Positions 26,691-39,584 of a stretch of 64,000 bases of DNA are shown in pieces (positions within the stretch are counted from its first letter, which is position 1; each line of letters starts with the position of its first letter). The notes below the pieces were generated by a model. It was not told the DNA's origin, made no database searches, and saw only the letters and a program-made list of their open reading frames with translations. The stretch lies in the NCBI GenBank assembly GCA_951406725.2, contig OX597821.1:40486001-40550000 (forward strand). Reading direction: 5' to 3'. This DNA is from Octopus vulgaris. Lineage: Eukaryota. The position numbers and the translations under genes are program-made.

Positions 26691-27059
26691 TAATGACATA
26701 TCGAATATTTTTTTTTACGGTTTCATAAAAAGAGAAAGTACGTTCTATGGCTGTTTGCAGGGTCAATGAGTTTGATGAGAGAATGAAAGTTAATCCCTGA
26801 CAAGGGACCTGAGTCAAATGTTTGTATCAATGTGGTTTCTGCTAACAGTGCCCAGTGGTCAGATGACCACTTAGGACAGACAAAGTCAACCACCAAGGAT
26901 CATGGGATAGTCCCTCGGCTGGTCTTCAATACAGATGTCATTTACCAAATTTTTCCTAAAAGTCTTTCTTGATCTCAGCTCAAGACTTTTAATCCTTCAG
27001 CATTCAGATTACTCCGTCAAACATAATGCTTAATTAATCACCTTGTTTTTAATTAATCG

Positions 27060-27240
27060 TGCATTATCTCATAGCTTTTGAGATTTTGAAGATGTGACTG
27101 TATATTATTAGAATGATGTTGTGGGGTAGGTGTGAGATGCCAGATCCGGCTAGTTTGACCATAAAACAGTGAGAGTGTTTGGGCCAAATGTAGCACATTT
27201 ATATGCCGAACAGTTAAAGAACTCACCGAACGGATTGAAC
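27060..27240 (-). pseudogene. Possible GIY-YIG endonuclease relic (Penelope-like)
   Basis: AYKCATF followed, after a frameshift, by FYGQTSR (cf. VY..C...YIGQTSR). Short and weak. Confidence 0.25.
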
Positions 27241-27867
27241 TTGATGCAACAGAGTTTTGATGTGAATTCCTTAACAACACAGCCGTGACTGCATTTATTT
27301 GTAAATCTGTGAGTGTGGGTGTGTATGATGTGTTTAGTAATCTACTCGGGAAGTGTTGATGTAGCAGTGTCGTGGTGGAGATATAATAATCTCCAATCAA
27401 GACAGTTTGAAGCATTTTAAAGGAATTTATTATCTAACTTATATAGTATGTCAAATTCAATGAGTCGACATCTTCTCAGTAAATCCTATATAGATGAAGA
27501 CGAGTAAATTTAATTACAGAATTCATTATACTCTCTCAAGACAGCTACAAGCCAGATTGAAAGAAAATCAAATGTTTTATGTAATGTCTGATACCATTTT
27601 GATCATGATACAAAATCAAATTAACCATTCTGACAAGTCATGAGAGATAAGATGTCAAAGTGTAAGTTTTGTGTCTCTGCATGTCAGCACTATGTCATCC
27701 AGGTGAAAGGTAACTAAAGTCTTGTTGAAGCAGCTTCACTGCAAAGTCAGGACAGGCAGATGGGAAGATACTGTATTGTTTATTTCCTCCTATTCAGACT
27801 TTACAATGGGTGGTTAGACAATAACTACTAGGATATTAATGCATGCGTATATATGTGTATGTGTGTG

Positions 27868-28045
27868 TATTTCTTTATTACCCACAAGGGGCTAAACATA
27901 GAGAGGACAAACAAAGACAGACAAAGGGATTAAGTCAATTATATCGACCCCAGTGCATAACTGGTACCTTATTTATCAACCCCGAAAGGATGAAAGGCAA
28001 AGTCAACCTTGGCGGAATTTGAACTCAGAACATAACGGCAGACGA
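27868..28045 (-). mobile_element. SINE family B, 5'-truncated
   Basis: High similarity to 59645-59810. Confidence 0.85.
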
Positions 28046-28047
28046 AT

Positions 28048-28249
28048 GTGTGTATACAACGGGAAAGTTTACGAAAATAAACAAAAGACGGAGGCGGGTG
28101 GAGTACAAACAAACAAATGTATTAGTATGGCGCTCAGGAATAGAAATAGAAAAAGTCTTTTACGGTTCGAGCCTATGCTTTTCGACAGAAAAATACACAG
28201 AAAAAAACAAGAAGAGAAAAAAATGCGTGTAGGAGCTAACGATCTGTCA

Positions 28250-28250
<1 letters not shown>
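28048..28250 (-). mobile_element. ~200-bp element with variant hammerhead-like motif (family copy 1)
   Basis: Homologous to 34501-34720. Minus strand reads TTTT-CTGTCGAA-AAGC-ATAG-GCTC-GAAC-CG-TA-AAAG. Confidence 0.6.
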
Positions 28251-28292
<42 letters not shown>

Positions 28293-28296
28293 TCCT

Positions 28297-28800
28297 AGAT
28301 GGAAGAAGATAGTGCATGATGGTTGTTCAAGGTTTGAGAGGGAGAAAGAGTGAAGTATGAGAGAATTAGGAGGGAGCTTAGAAGGGAGGAACCAGTGGAA
28401 AGTGAGAGAGTGGTGCTTTTTATGCGTGTGGTTTGAGTCGTGCAGGCCTGGTGAGTCATCAAAATTCTCATAGAAATCAACCCAGGATAAACGATGAGGT
28501 GGCTATTATAATTCACAACAGAACATGTGTAAAATGTGGAAGGGTGTGCTTCTCAGCTGGAGGTCTAAGAAGACATGTTAAAAGAGCACCTATGGTGGCA
28601 CCTGCTTCTCCTTCCAGCCAGCACAGTTGTCCAGTATGTAATAAAATATGTAAAAGCTTGGGTGAGCTCAAAAGTCATATAAGGGCATCTCATGGCAACA
28701 ATCATGAATCATTTCAATAAGTTTTCTTGGCAATGGTTTTACTTGTGTAATGAGGATGCAGCTGTGAGATACATACATACATATATACATACATACATAC
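28297..28800 (+). mobile_element. 3' end of an RTE-type LINE with C-terminal C2H2 zinc fingers and (TACA)n tail
   Basis: RWKKIVHDGCSRFERE (W..V..G...FE, typical of RTE C-termini), then after frameshifts SRAGLVSHQNSH, CVKCGRVCFSAGGLRRH and CPVCNKICKSLGELKSHIRASH, a short 3' UTR and a simple-repeat tail. Confidence 0.75.
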
Positions 28801-28837
28801 ATATATATATAATGTATACATATATAAATATATGCGA

Positions 28838-28977
28838 AGGCACATGGCTCAGTGTTTAGAGTATTGAGCTTACGATTCTGAGGTTGTGAGTTTGAATCCC
28901 AGACCGGGCAGCATGTTGTATTCTTGAGTAAGACATTTTATTTCACGTTGCTCCAGTTCACTCAGCTGTAGAAATGT
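28838..28977 (+). mobile_element. tRNA-headed SINE family D fragment
   Basis: A-box-like TGGCTCAGTGTT and B-box-like AGTTTGAATCCC, then TTCTTGAGTAAGACATTTTATTTCACGTTGCTCCAGTTCACTCAGCTG. Decayed minus-strand relatives lie near 21160-21280 and 35670-35790. Confidence 0.65.
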
Positions 28978-29244
28978 AACAATTCTGCCAGTTCACCACC
29001 TTTAATAATGATAATGATGATGATGAGGAGGATAAATCTTTCTAATTTTGACACACGGCTAGCAGTTTTTAAGTAAGTTAAGTTGGTACCATTAAGTGTA
29101 GTATTTGACCAGTATCTTATTTCATTGACCTCAGAAGAATAAAAGGTAAAGTTAAAGTGGACATGATTTGAACTCAGAACAAACAATTAGAGATTTTTGT
29201 TTTTACTGCCATATTCACAAACCTGCCAACCCACCATCCTAGTA

Positions 29245-29462
29245 ACCCTTTCTACTATAGAGACATGGCCTGTAGCTTTTTAGCAGAGGGGGCTAGTCAA
29301 TTACATTGACCCCAGCACTCAACTGGTACTTGTTTCATCGATCCCAGATGAATGAAACACAAAGTTGACCGTGGCAGAATTTGAACACAGAATGTAAAGA
29401 TAGATGCAATACCACTAAGCATTTCACCTGAGATTCTAAGGATTCTGCCAGCTCACCGCCCT
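29245..29462 (-). mobile_element. SINE family B (older variant tail)
   Basis: Head GGCGGTGAGCTGGCAGAATC and conserved body, with a different 3' tail from the young variant. Confidence 0.8.
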
Positions 29463-29974
29463 CACCACCTTAATAGTAATATTTCTTCTGCTGTTGTTCT
29501 ATAAGTGTTGCTGTTGTTGTTTAACCTTGTGTCAATCCTGATTGAGGAGAAGACCTTTGACCTTTGACACCTTTCAACTTTCATCTTCCCAATATCCAGC
29601 GTATCTTTTTATTTCTGGTGGTAGGATGTGGTTTACGAGGGAGATCTGGCCGCTATTTCTATTAGGTTGAGTGACTACATAGAGATGGTGAGGCAAGGTA
29701 TTTAACATTTAGCATGTACCGAGGAACCTAAGGTGAGGGACACATCTGGACTGAGAATCAGTAGGCATCTTTCACCTTATAAATTCATATATGCATGCAA
29801 TTATGCAAAGCAACTTTAATTAAAGTGTTATAATGTATTAATTAATCAAATAATTACAATACTTTGCAAAGGTGCACATTTGTGTGTGTCTTTGTTGTGT
29901 GTGTGTGTGTATGTGTAGTATATATATAGACAGACACTCACACACGCACAGATACATGCACATATGTATGTATG

Positions 29975-30015
<41 letters not shown>

Positions 30016-30016
<1 letters not shown>

Positions 30017-30408
30017 GGCGTAGGAGTGGCTGTGTGGTAAGTAGCTTGTTTACCAACCACATAGTTCTGGGTTCATTCCAGCTATGTGGCACCTTGGGCA
30101 AGTGTCTTCTACTATAGCCTCGGACCAACCAAAGCCTTGTGAGTGGATTTGGTAGACGGAAACTGAAAGAAGCCCATCGTATATATGTATATATATATGT
30201 GTGTGTGTGTATGTGTGTGTATGTTTGTGTGTCTGCGTTTGTCCCCCCAACATCGCTTGACAACCGATGCTGGTGTGTGTACGTCCCCGTAACTTAGCGG
30301 TTCGGCAAAAGAGACCGATATAATAAGTACTAGGCTTACAAAGAATAAGTCCTGGGGTCGATTTGCTCAACTAAAGGCGGTGCTCCAGCATGACTGAAAC
30401 AAGTAAAA
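30016..30408 (+). mobile_element. Full-length SINE family A (reference copy)
   Basis: tRNA-like head (TGGCTGTGTGG / GGTTCATTCC), CCTTGGGCAAGTGTCTT core, internal (TA)(TG) tract and tail GACTGAAACAAGTAAAA. Confidence 0.9.
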
Positions 30409-30647
30409 AAAAAATACATATGTATAAATGTACGTATGTAGTAAAGAGTAAAGACACCCTGCGGTGATGGAAGGCCATGGGATGGTACCTGGATGGTTAC
30501 CCTTCGAGGCACAAGTCCCGGCAAGGTTGTTTTGTGGAAAACCAGCAGTCACCCATGCATACCACCCTCCACACTCTTCACCACCATTGTTATCCAAGGG
30601 AAAGGTGATGATGAAAATGGATCTGATATTTTTAGGGAAGCTTTCAC

Positions 30648-30774
30648 CTGCACAGAACCGTTCTCTATTTCGATCTTCAAAATCTCATTTGAATATTTTA
30701 AGACTCGTTGTAAAATCGTGAAGGTCAGTTGGTTTCTGGTCTTCTCAGCCTTGGTTGTGTCACTCGTGTTATAG
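30648..30774 (-). CDS. Candidate isolated internal exon (127 nt): YNTSDTTKAEKTRNQLTFTILQRVLKYSNEILKIEIENGSVQ
   Basis: Acceptor ..TTTTTCACCACAAACAG| and donor CAG|GTGAAA, stop-free, non-repetitive and richer in CpG than the flanks. No partner exons identified. Confidence 0.3.
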
Positions 30775-31539
30775 CTGTTTGTGGTGAAAAATAGGTTCAG
30801 TGTTATGCAACACTTTATCCACTCAAAACAAATTCAAACACAGAGTCTTCTTGGACTCGTGATTCTAAGAATTAATCTTATGCAGTCATTAGTCAACTGC
30901 CACCATGTGTGTATGTGTGCGTGTCTGTGTGTGTGTTCATGTGTGTGTGTGTTATGTATCATCATCATCATAGTTTTAACAACTACTTTTCCATGCTTGC
31001 ATTGGTTAGACTGAATTATTGAGGTATATTTTCTACAGTCAGATGCCCTTAGCTGTGCGCCAAAGAAGAGACCCAATATTTTCTCTGCAAGTTGTAAAAG
31101 GTGATGAAAAGAGGTTGAGGTGAGATTTGCAATCCTCTTAAAACCCTCACCAGCAAAGACAATCCAAATAGGCCTATCAAGGTCTCTCCCTTACAGAAAT
31201 ACTTCAACTGCCTATCAGGCATGTCATAGGAAGTAGTTTAGGTACCCCTATCAGGACCCCCATCTGCCAAATGGGGGAAATCCTGGGGGACAGGTTGGCT
31301 TGAAGGTTGTTGTTGCTTGAGTGGTCCTTCACTAGGAACTGGGGGTTTCAGTTCAACCTGAGGAAGCCTATTTAGGTGAGGGCATGGAATGTTCTCTCTT
31401 TGAGGAATGACTCCCTTCTTCCCTTTGATGTCTTTGGAACTCATCTGTTTGTAGGTCGCTGTGCTGGCTCTATCAGGGATGCACCAGCCAGGGCAAAATC
31501 AGTGGTTACACCTACCTCTGGTCTGAGTGCTCTGGCAGC

Positions 31540-32170
31540 TGGGTGAAGTAGGATAGCAGGTGCTGTGGCCAACTGGCTGGTTAAAGGGGTATCAGATGTA
31601 ACCCCTATCAATGAGTATTCGTGGCTGAGAATTTGATATTCTTTCTCTGAGTGTCATTTCCTTGGTTGCAGTGTATGCTCTGACTGCTATGAGTGACAGG
31701 TAAGTGAGGAAGACACTGTATGCCCACCTAGTGTTCTGCTATGAGGAGCATCCCCAACAGAGATATGTCCTTAGTTATAAGAGATTTTAACATATCTACA
31801 GGAACTGAGAGAATGGGATATTCTTGCATTGTCATTCCTTTTGGTCCCAGTACTAGGCACAGAAGTGATGTGGTACACCTGGATTTTGCCAAAAGCCATG
31901 AACTTTACATTACTGGCCCTTGGAACCAATGTTCTGGGCTGCATTGCTGGACTTGTTATTCCCGTACTACTGGTGGGGCAAAGAAGATCAACCGTGTGTT
32001 TGTAGATGGCTGCTGAAAAGTTCAACAGAACTGCAGAGTTTTATGGAGTGCTAGCTTCATGGGCACTGACCATAAGTTTGTTGTGGATGAGTTGAGATTA
32101 TGACTGAAGTATAAGAGACATGAAGGCAGCCTGTTCCAGACTGGACGTCAACCGACTCAAAGACAAGCCT
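31540..32170 (+). mobile_element. RTE-clade LINE relic, AP-endonuclease domain
   Basis: Ordered motifs VAVYALT (VYAPT), VIRDFNISTG (GDFNA), WTCYS...KKINRVFV (WTW..EIDHV) and GTDHKFVV (SDH), with stops and frameshifts. Confidence 0.85.
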
Positions 32171-33133
32171 TTTTTGATGCTGCTCATGTCACCCTGCAAC
32201 TGTCTCACCCTGCATTCATGGGTTGGCCGATTCAACGGTAGAAGTAAAACTATGATACAAATACACAAATTCCATGCACAAGTTATTCATTACTTTGTGC
32301 TCTACGGTAGTAAAGACTATCCCAAGATTCCAGTGAGTGGAATTGAACTCAGAACAGTGAAATTGTGAAGCAGGACTTCTTAACCACAGAGTAATGCTTA
32401 GATTCTTTCATTGCTATTACTGCAAATCTGTCCATTTATGGTTTTAAGCTACCATAACCAGTCTCGAAGATGGGTTATCTGCTAGTATACATAAATATTG
32501 ATTTATTACAGACACTGAAAGTATTTCATGCTTTTCTCAAGTGCATTAACTACAAATGGAGCAAGCAAGCAGATATAGATGTGTATGTTGATAGTTATAT
32601 ATTGAACTTTCTATGAATAAAATATTTAGACAAATATATAAGTGGATATGATAGCTTAGCTATGAAAAAGCTCCTTTTTCTGTAATGTGATGTGCTATAG
32701 TAGATTGAATCAGCTCTATAATATTGTTCGTTTATTTCATTTATTAGGCCGTCTTCACTGCAAATTAACTGCTGCAAAGTTCACCTTCCTATTATTGTAT
32801 GTATATGTGGCAAATTTCAACAGTGTGTGAACGTGTATAAATATGTATATTTACACACACACACAAAATGCCACATGCAATGAAATGCATCGTAGTTTAC
32901 TGTAGTCAATTTTTGTCAGTGCAGCACCACATTCAGTAGGAAATTGAATGTTAATAAGATTTCTACACCTGACGATGGCATGTGCTTTAGTTATACAAAG
33001 CTTGAGAAAAGTATAAGGTGACACCAAATTATAAGAGTCCAGTTGCGGATCACATGGATTTACTATTACCTTGGATTCATACGAAAACAAGTTTCAGTCA
33101 AATAGATTTACTTACAGGGAATGGATACATATA

Positions 33134-33324
33134 TCATCATCATCATCATCTTCATCATTTAATGTCCATTCTCCATGCTGGCATGAGTTAAACAGTTTGG
33201 CCAAGGCTGGTAAGCTGGAAGGTTGCACCAGTCAACAGTCTGATTTGGCATGGTTTTCTGCAGCTGGATGCCCTTCCTAATGCCAACCACTCTGAGAGTG
33301 TAATGGGTGCTTTTATGTGCCACT
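33134..33324 (-). mobile_element. Family C copy, 5'-truncated
   Basis: (ATC)n then TTTAATGTCCATTCTCCATGCTGGCATG...GGATGCCCTTCCTAATGCCAACC. Confidence 0.8.
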
Positions 33325-33327
33325 ATA

Positions 33328-33624
33328 TCTTTATATATAGAAGTCAAGTTGTGTGTCTGTCTCCTATGATTTAGATTCCTAACTACTCCCACATGTTGCG
33401 GTGCAGTTTAACCAAAACCAGGTATCTTATAGTCGTGATTCATATCAAGCCCTTCTGGGTATTAGCGCGCGTCTACGATGAGTCTACGATTTAAAAAAAA
33501 ATTTACCATCATTTTTTTCCATTTTAATGCATTTTTTCGCTATTATACAAGGGAAGTAACTCTCTAAAAATGCTTATATAGTTATTTCCCTTACAAACCC
33601 AAGCAACACCGGGCAATACTGCTA

Positions 33625-33625
<1 letters not shown>
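33328..33625 (+). mobile_element. Complete non-autonomous Helitron (~298 bp)
   Basis: 5' A|TCTTTATATATA and 3' imperfect hairpin CCC-AAGCAACACC-GGG ~8 nt before CTAG|T. It sits between A and T with no TSD. Confidence 0.75.
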
Positions 33626-33684
<59 letters not shown>

Positions 33685-33701
33685 GTATATCTATGTTTAT
33701 A

Positions 33702-33734
<33 letters not shown>

Positions 33735-34463
33735 CTCACAGTATCGGTCAGCGGTCAGACTATCAGATGGTATTGTACACCACTGATCACAATGTACTTC
33801 TAATTTTGTCTCGATTGCACCAGTCTTTCCCATTCTGACCCAAATCCCTTAACTAAATTGTCTTCCCATCACTTATATAAGTTAGAGGTTTTTAAAGCCT
33901 CTAAGGGATATTTATATCGAAAGGCATTCCTGGTGATTACCTCAGTAGGTATAGTCCTTGATAAAAGGTATACAGCAGCAGGTAATAAAGCAGGTAAACT
34001 GTAGTTTAATTTATATAGACGAGAAGAAAATGGAACAAAAATAACAATAAGAAGTGTGTCTTTTGTGCTAGAAAGCTATTATTTAATTAGTTATTTAATT
34101 ACTTATTTAATTAGTTAAGAAAGGTGAGAGTACGAGTAAGTTTATGACCGTTTCTGTGTAGCATGGTAAGGAAAATATATATTTATATTTTTGCCTTGTT
34201 GCCAATGGTGGTCATCATAAGAACATATAATTTTCCGGCAAATTTAGTGTTCTGTAGATCATGAAGAAGGTGGAATAACTAAGCAGGATGAAGAAAAGTT
34301 GATGGAGAATTTCTAACTGATCTGTTAATTTGATATGCAGCTAGCTTCAGATTTGAGGAAATATCATAAGCTAAGTGATGCTGTATTACAGAGTGGTCTC
34401 TCATATTAGTAGACATATATACTTATATACTTATACATCTGTGTATATATACAAATATACATT

Positions 34464-34500
<37 letters not shown>

Positions 34501-34508
<8 letters not shown>

Positions 34509-34720
34509 GGGGAGAGTTCCCCAAAAAACAAAATATGAAGACAGGTGGTGTATAAAACAAACAGATGTATTAGTATAACGCTCAGAAATTGAAAAAGTAT
34601 TTTACGTTCAGAGCCTACGTTCTTCTACAGAAAGGGACACAGAAAAAAAACAAGGAGAGAAACAAGTAGAGAAAAAAAAGTAGAGAAAAAAATGTGTGTA
34701 GTGGCTACCGATCTGTGACT
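34501..34720 (-). mobile_element. ~200-bp element with variant hammerhead-like motif (family copy 2)
   Basis: Homologous to 28048-28250. Minus strand reads CTTT-CTGTAGAA-GAAC-GTAG-GCTC-TGAA-CG-TA-AAAT. Confidence 0.6.
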
Positions 34721-35195
34721 GTACATATTACACACAAACACAAGCACACACATACACACATGCACCTTAGAAACAATATTTGCCCAAAATTACAAATAAA
34801 CTACAATATTGTTTACAATTTGTTCTGTGTAGAGATCGACACCTGATCAGAAATGGAAGTATTTTTTGACATTGAAATGGTTAGTCTCTGAAATTCAGTT
34901 CCAGTGATGTCCTTATGGCTGATTACCACAAGAGATCACCAGCAATTGTACTCCTAGCATTTGGCATGAGTTTCAGGGTTTTAACAGTAAAAAGAAGAGA
35001 TCTACCATTGTGGTTATTGTTGTTTGGGGGGGAATGGGTTTGTCTTCATGGTTCTTCAAGAGAGAAAGTGGTTGGGTTCTCATTGAATAGTGTTTCAGAA
35101 ATTTCTAGTGATAGAATGTTCAATTGTGTTTACATGAGAACGTTGGGCAAGTGATTCGGGTCGACCAAAGCCTGTTGAGTGGATCTGGTAGACAG

Positions 35196-35256
<61 letters not shown>

Positions 35257-38224
35257 GTGTGTGTGCATGTGTGTGTGTGTGTATGTGTGTGCCTGAAAAG
35301 AAAGAAAGAAAGAAAGGAAGGAAGGAAGGAAAGAAAGAAGGAAGGAAGGAAGGAAAGAAAGTAAAAAAGGAAGGAAGGAAGAAAGACAGAAAGAGAAGAT
35401 TAAGTGACAGAGAAAGACTAGGAAGTTAAATGGGAGAAGCAATGATCAGACTTAAGTACTTTAATCTATTCATCAGACAAACATTAAGCTTTTAATAATT
35501 ATTTTCTGGTGTTTTTGTACTCACTTCTGAATAATAGGAAATGGTAAAATTGGGATAGAGTTGTCCAAAATAGACCTGCTGCTCTTCATATCTAAAGCCT
35601 TTTGGTTGCATCACTGATTTGTTAATACAATTATGCTTACTTGAACCTTCAACCAGCTTCAATCCTCATTTATGCCAGCTGAGTGGACTGGAGCATTGTG
35701 GAGTGCCTTGGCTAGTGACACAATGTGAATAGAACCCATGACATTCTCAGTGAGAGCTTAAATGCCTAACCACTTAGCCAAGCAACATGAGTATAAAAAT
35801 AATACTTGTTGTATATTACATCACAAACGTTTGTTTATTTTATAGAGAATCTAGCTTTATAAAGATAAAACTCTTAGGATAAATTATACCTGCATATTTT
35901 CAATATTTAGAAAAATGGAAAATTAATGACAAAAAAAGTAGGTTAGGATAAAAATGTTGAACAACTAGAAATTAGAAATTCTTTTTAAAAAATCAGTTAA
36001 TTAAATCAAAGAGTTATCAGTTTAATTAAGAAATAAACTTTATGAACAAATGGAAACAAGCAATAACTTGTAGCGGTTACTGGGTGAGAGGTAAATGATC
36101 TCAGTTGATCGACTTTATTGAAAAGTCACTTTGTAATGTTATACGGTGAGAGAGAGCTGAACTATTGGAGGGCAGGGTCAAGTGTTTTAATCAACAACTA
36201 CAATATGGTGTCATTTGTTAGAATTATTGAACCAGAATATATTTGTAATACTGGTGACAATTTCTAAAAGAAAGATGAGATTGTAATATCAACATCAAGA
36301 GGAAAGTTTCACTATTAGACACAACTAGTGTACCAAACTGTTATGCTTTTCACTCAGTATAATACATTATATTTTAAGGTATGCATTGGGACAGGGCCCT
36401 AAATTTGTGGCCGAGGGGTTGCAGATTTAATAAAATCTAAAACAACCAAGTAATAGATTACATTGTTCAATGCATTTCTTTGAGTCAAAGATAAACATTA
36501 TAAGATGGATCACAGGACGATATAATTTAATTCTTTAATCCTTTTACTAGTTTCACTCATTAGCAGACTGGAACTGTTCAAAGGGTGGAATCATTTATGT
36601 TTGATGGATTTACTTCTATGAGTTTGACACCTTTCTTTATTGATTTCTCCTCATATTGCTTAATTACATTATAGACACATAAAGGGAGAACAACTCTACT
36701 CAACAACCAGTGAACACTAACAGAGAATGCAACACGAACGTGCACTCATCTGTATACATATATCTGCATCAAATATGTAGCCATTGGAATGGGATGATCT
36801 GGCATGGTTCACTGGAAAATCAACCTGTTTTGGTAACAGTACTTTTTGGCACTGGTGGCAAACACCCACAAATATATATACATACAGAGAGAAAGGGGGA
36901 GAGAGGAAGAATGGGAGAGAAAGAGAAAGGTAGAGAGAAATAGGGAGACAGAGAGACACTACAGTTCATTAACTAAACATGACTGGCACAAACATTTTTC
37001 CTCTCCTCAGACACATGAAATGAAATATGCTCGCACACATAAAACCAAAATATAAAGGGATGCAACTGAATGAAGTAAGCCATTTCATTTAGTTAAGCAC
37101 ACATTCTTTTCATCATCATCATTTGAGATCTACTTTTCCAGGCTTGCATGGGTCAGATGGAATTTGTCGAGGCAGTGTCTTGTGATTTTCTACAGCCAGA
37201 TGCCCTCCCTGTGGCTAAACCTCACTCGTTTCCAAGTATGGTAATATTTCCCTATGGTTGGACATGTTTTCATAGAATATTAGAAATGTGTGACATTTAT
37301 TTACCACTATCTTGGGATATCAAGTCAAGGAGAAACACACACACACACCCATGAGCTTCAGTTACCATACAAAATCAACTCACAAAACCTTGGTCAACAC
37401 ACAGCTGTAGAAGACACTTGCCCAAGGTGCCATGCAATGGGACTGAACCCTATACCATGCGGTTGGGAAGCAAACTCCTTAACCACACAGCCACACCTGC
37501 ACCTTTATAATGCTTAACAGAATTCATATGCTTATATCATATTTTAATTCTGATTTCTCTTTTACACGGCACAAATACCAAATTAAACTCAAAAGCTCAA
37601 TATTTACATCTACCACTAAGAGGCATTAATGGCTTATGTGAATTAGTTTCACTTGGGAATTGAAACTGCTATTCTTTCCTTAACGAAGCCAAAATAATAA
37701 TAATAATAATAATATTCTTCTTCTTCTTCTTGTTACTTTTCGTTACAGTTGCCATGTTCGTTTTGTTTCTTTTATGTTCTGAATTTGCATCAGTCTGGGG
37801 TCAATAAAACAAACCTAATATATTGGCTTTCATTTCAGCATGTGCTTCATTAACCTGACCAACTTATAATAATCCGAGGAAGGAATCAAATCAATATCAA
37901 TTTCTTTTGACCAGGAAAGAAAGTCTGACATGTTAAAGAAGTGAAATCGGAAGTTGTAGCTTTCATTCATTTCCTCAAGACATTAGTATTTGTTAGTTGA
38001 GTAATTTTAAGCAGGAATGTTGGAATGTAGAATAGAATGATGTAGAATCTGATTAATTTAAAAACTAATTATGCTTTTCTTTGTACTTTTGAATGTATTA
38101 CCATTTCGTTGCTTCCTGAAAGAATGCTCTAATTATGTGCACACACATACATACATACATAAATATATACATGTATAGATAGATATATACAAATATATAT
38201 ACATATATATATACATATATATAT

Positions 38225-38273
<49 letters not shown>

Positions 38274-38274
38274 T

Positions 38275-38321
<47 letters not shown>

Positions 38322-39347
38322 CACACACACACATGTCAGATAGAAAAATACAGGTAAAATCAGAGAGCAAAAAATCTGATCAATGTCCATGAGAAAACTG
38401 TTGTTTATTGAACTCTTTTTTCATTTTTGCTAATTTCAAAAATCATTTAAAGTCTGAAGTTTTTGAGGAATAGCTGTGTGGTTGAGAATGTCAACAGGTG
38501 AACATGTTTCTGCAATCATCACAATGATACGACCTGGACAGAGATGATAATGATGATGATGATGATGATGATGATTTTGATGATGTTTATGTCAGGCATA
38601 ACAAAATGTCCAACTGATTTGCAGTTGCACATGCAAACGTGCAAATTAAAGTAACTTTGCCAACAAGAATGGCATCTGACTGCAAGATTCTGCATCAAGA
38701 TGTCGCATCCACTCCAAAGTTGCAAAAACAAAATTCTGCATATATAAAAAAAATGATGCGGGGGAGATGTGTGAAGACTTGATGCATCTACACACACACA
38801 CACTCACACACACACATACACACATGCATACACATACACACACATGCATATATACATACATGGATGCATTTATGCATTTTTATTCATGTGTGTATATGTG
38901 CATTTATACATACATTCACATATACATTTGCATACATATATGTATACACATGTATGTATACATATGTATATATATGTATATTATATATATATGGGCATTG
39001 TTGTATAAATGCTAATACATGCAGTCACACTTTCTTAATATCATGATGCTCAGACTCCTCTAATGAGACCAATGTGAAGAAGTAATTAAATTTTAAATTC
39101 CATTTAGTCCTTGAAATTTATTTGAAATCAATTTCAATTTCAAAGAATGCCAAGTAAAATATAGAAATACAAAAAACAACCCAAAATCTGTGGCATTGTT
39201 CTTTAAGTAAATTACAAATCTGTCAGCTCAAGAAGCATTTTAACTCCTGCTTTTAGTTTTCCTGATTATTTTTGCAAAGTTAGCCAGAATTTTTTTTCAC
39301 TTTTCTGGAGTTGGGTTGTTCTTAATTTCAAATTTATTTCGTTATTT

Positions 39348-39348
39348 C

Positions 39349-39411
<63 letters not shown>

Positions 39412-39452
39412 TATTATTATTATTATCATTATTATTATTATTATTATTGTTA

Positions 39453-39492
<40 letters not shown>

Positions 39493-39584
39493 CATTATTG
39501 TTGTTATTGTTGTTATTATTATTATTATTATCATTATTATTATTATTACTATTACTATTATTATTATTATTATTATTATTATTA
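39348..39584. repeat. (TTA)n microsatellite, ~235 bp
   Basis: Directly visible; explains the poly-N/Y/I ORFs. Confidence 0.97.

Noticed and set aside
28433-28720. Host C2H2 zinc-finger gene
   Set aside because: It has upstream frameshifted LINE motifs, a simple-repeat tail, damaged fingers and no TGEKP linkers, so it is better explained as a LINE 3' end.
30016-30090. tRNA genes (also 28838 and 59877)
   Set aside because: A/B-box-like heads run directly into multi-copy SINE bodies and I could not fold a full cloverleaf.
34142-34222. Long-stem hammerhead relic on the minus strand (ATGATGA...GAAACGGTC)
   Set aside because: The core is incomplete and the base of stem II does not pair. Suggestive only.
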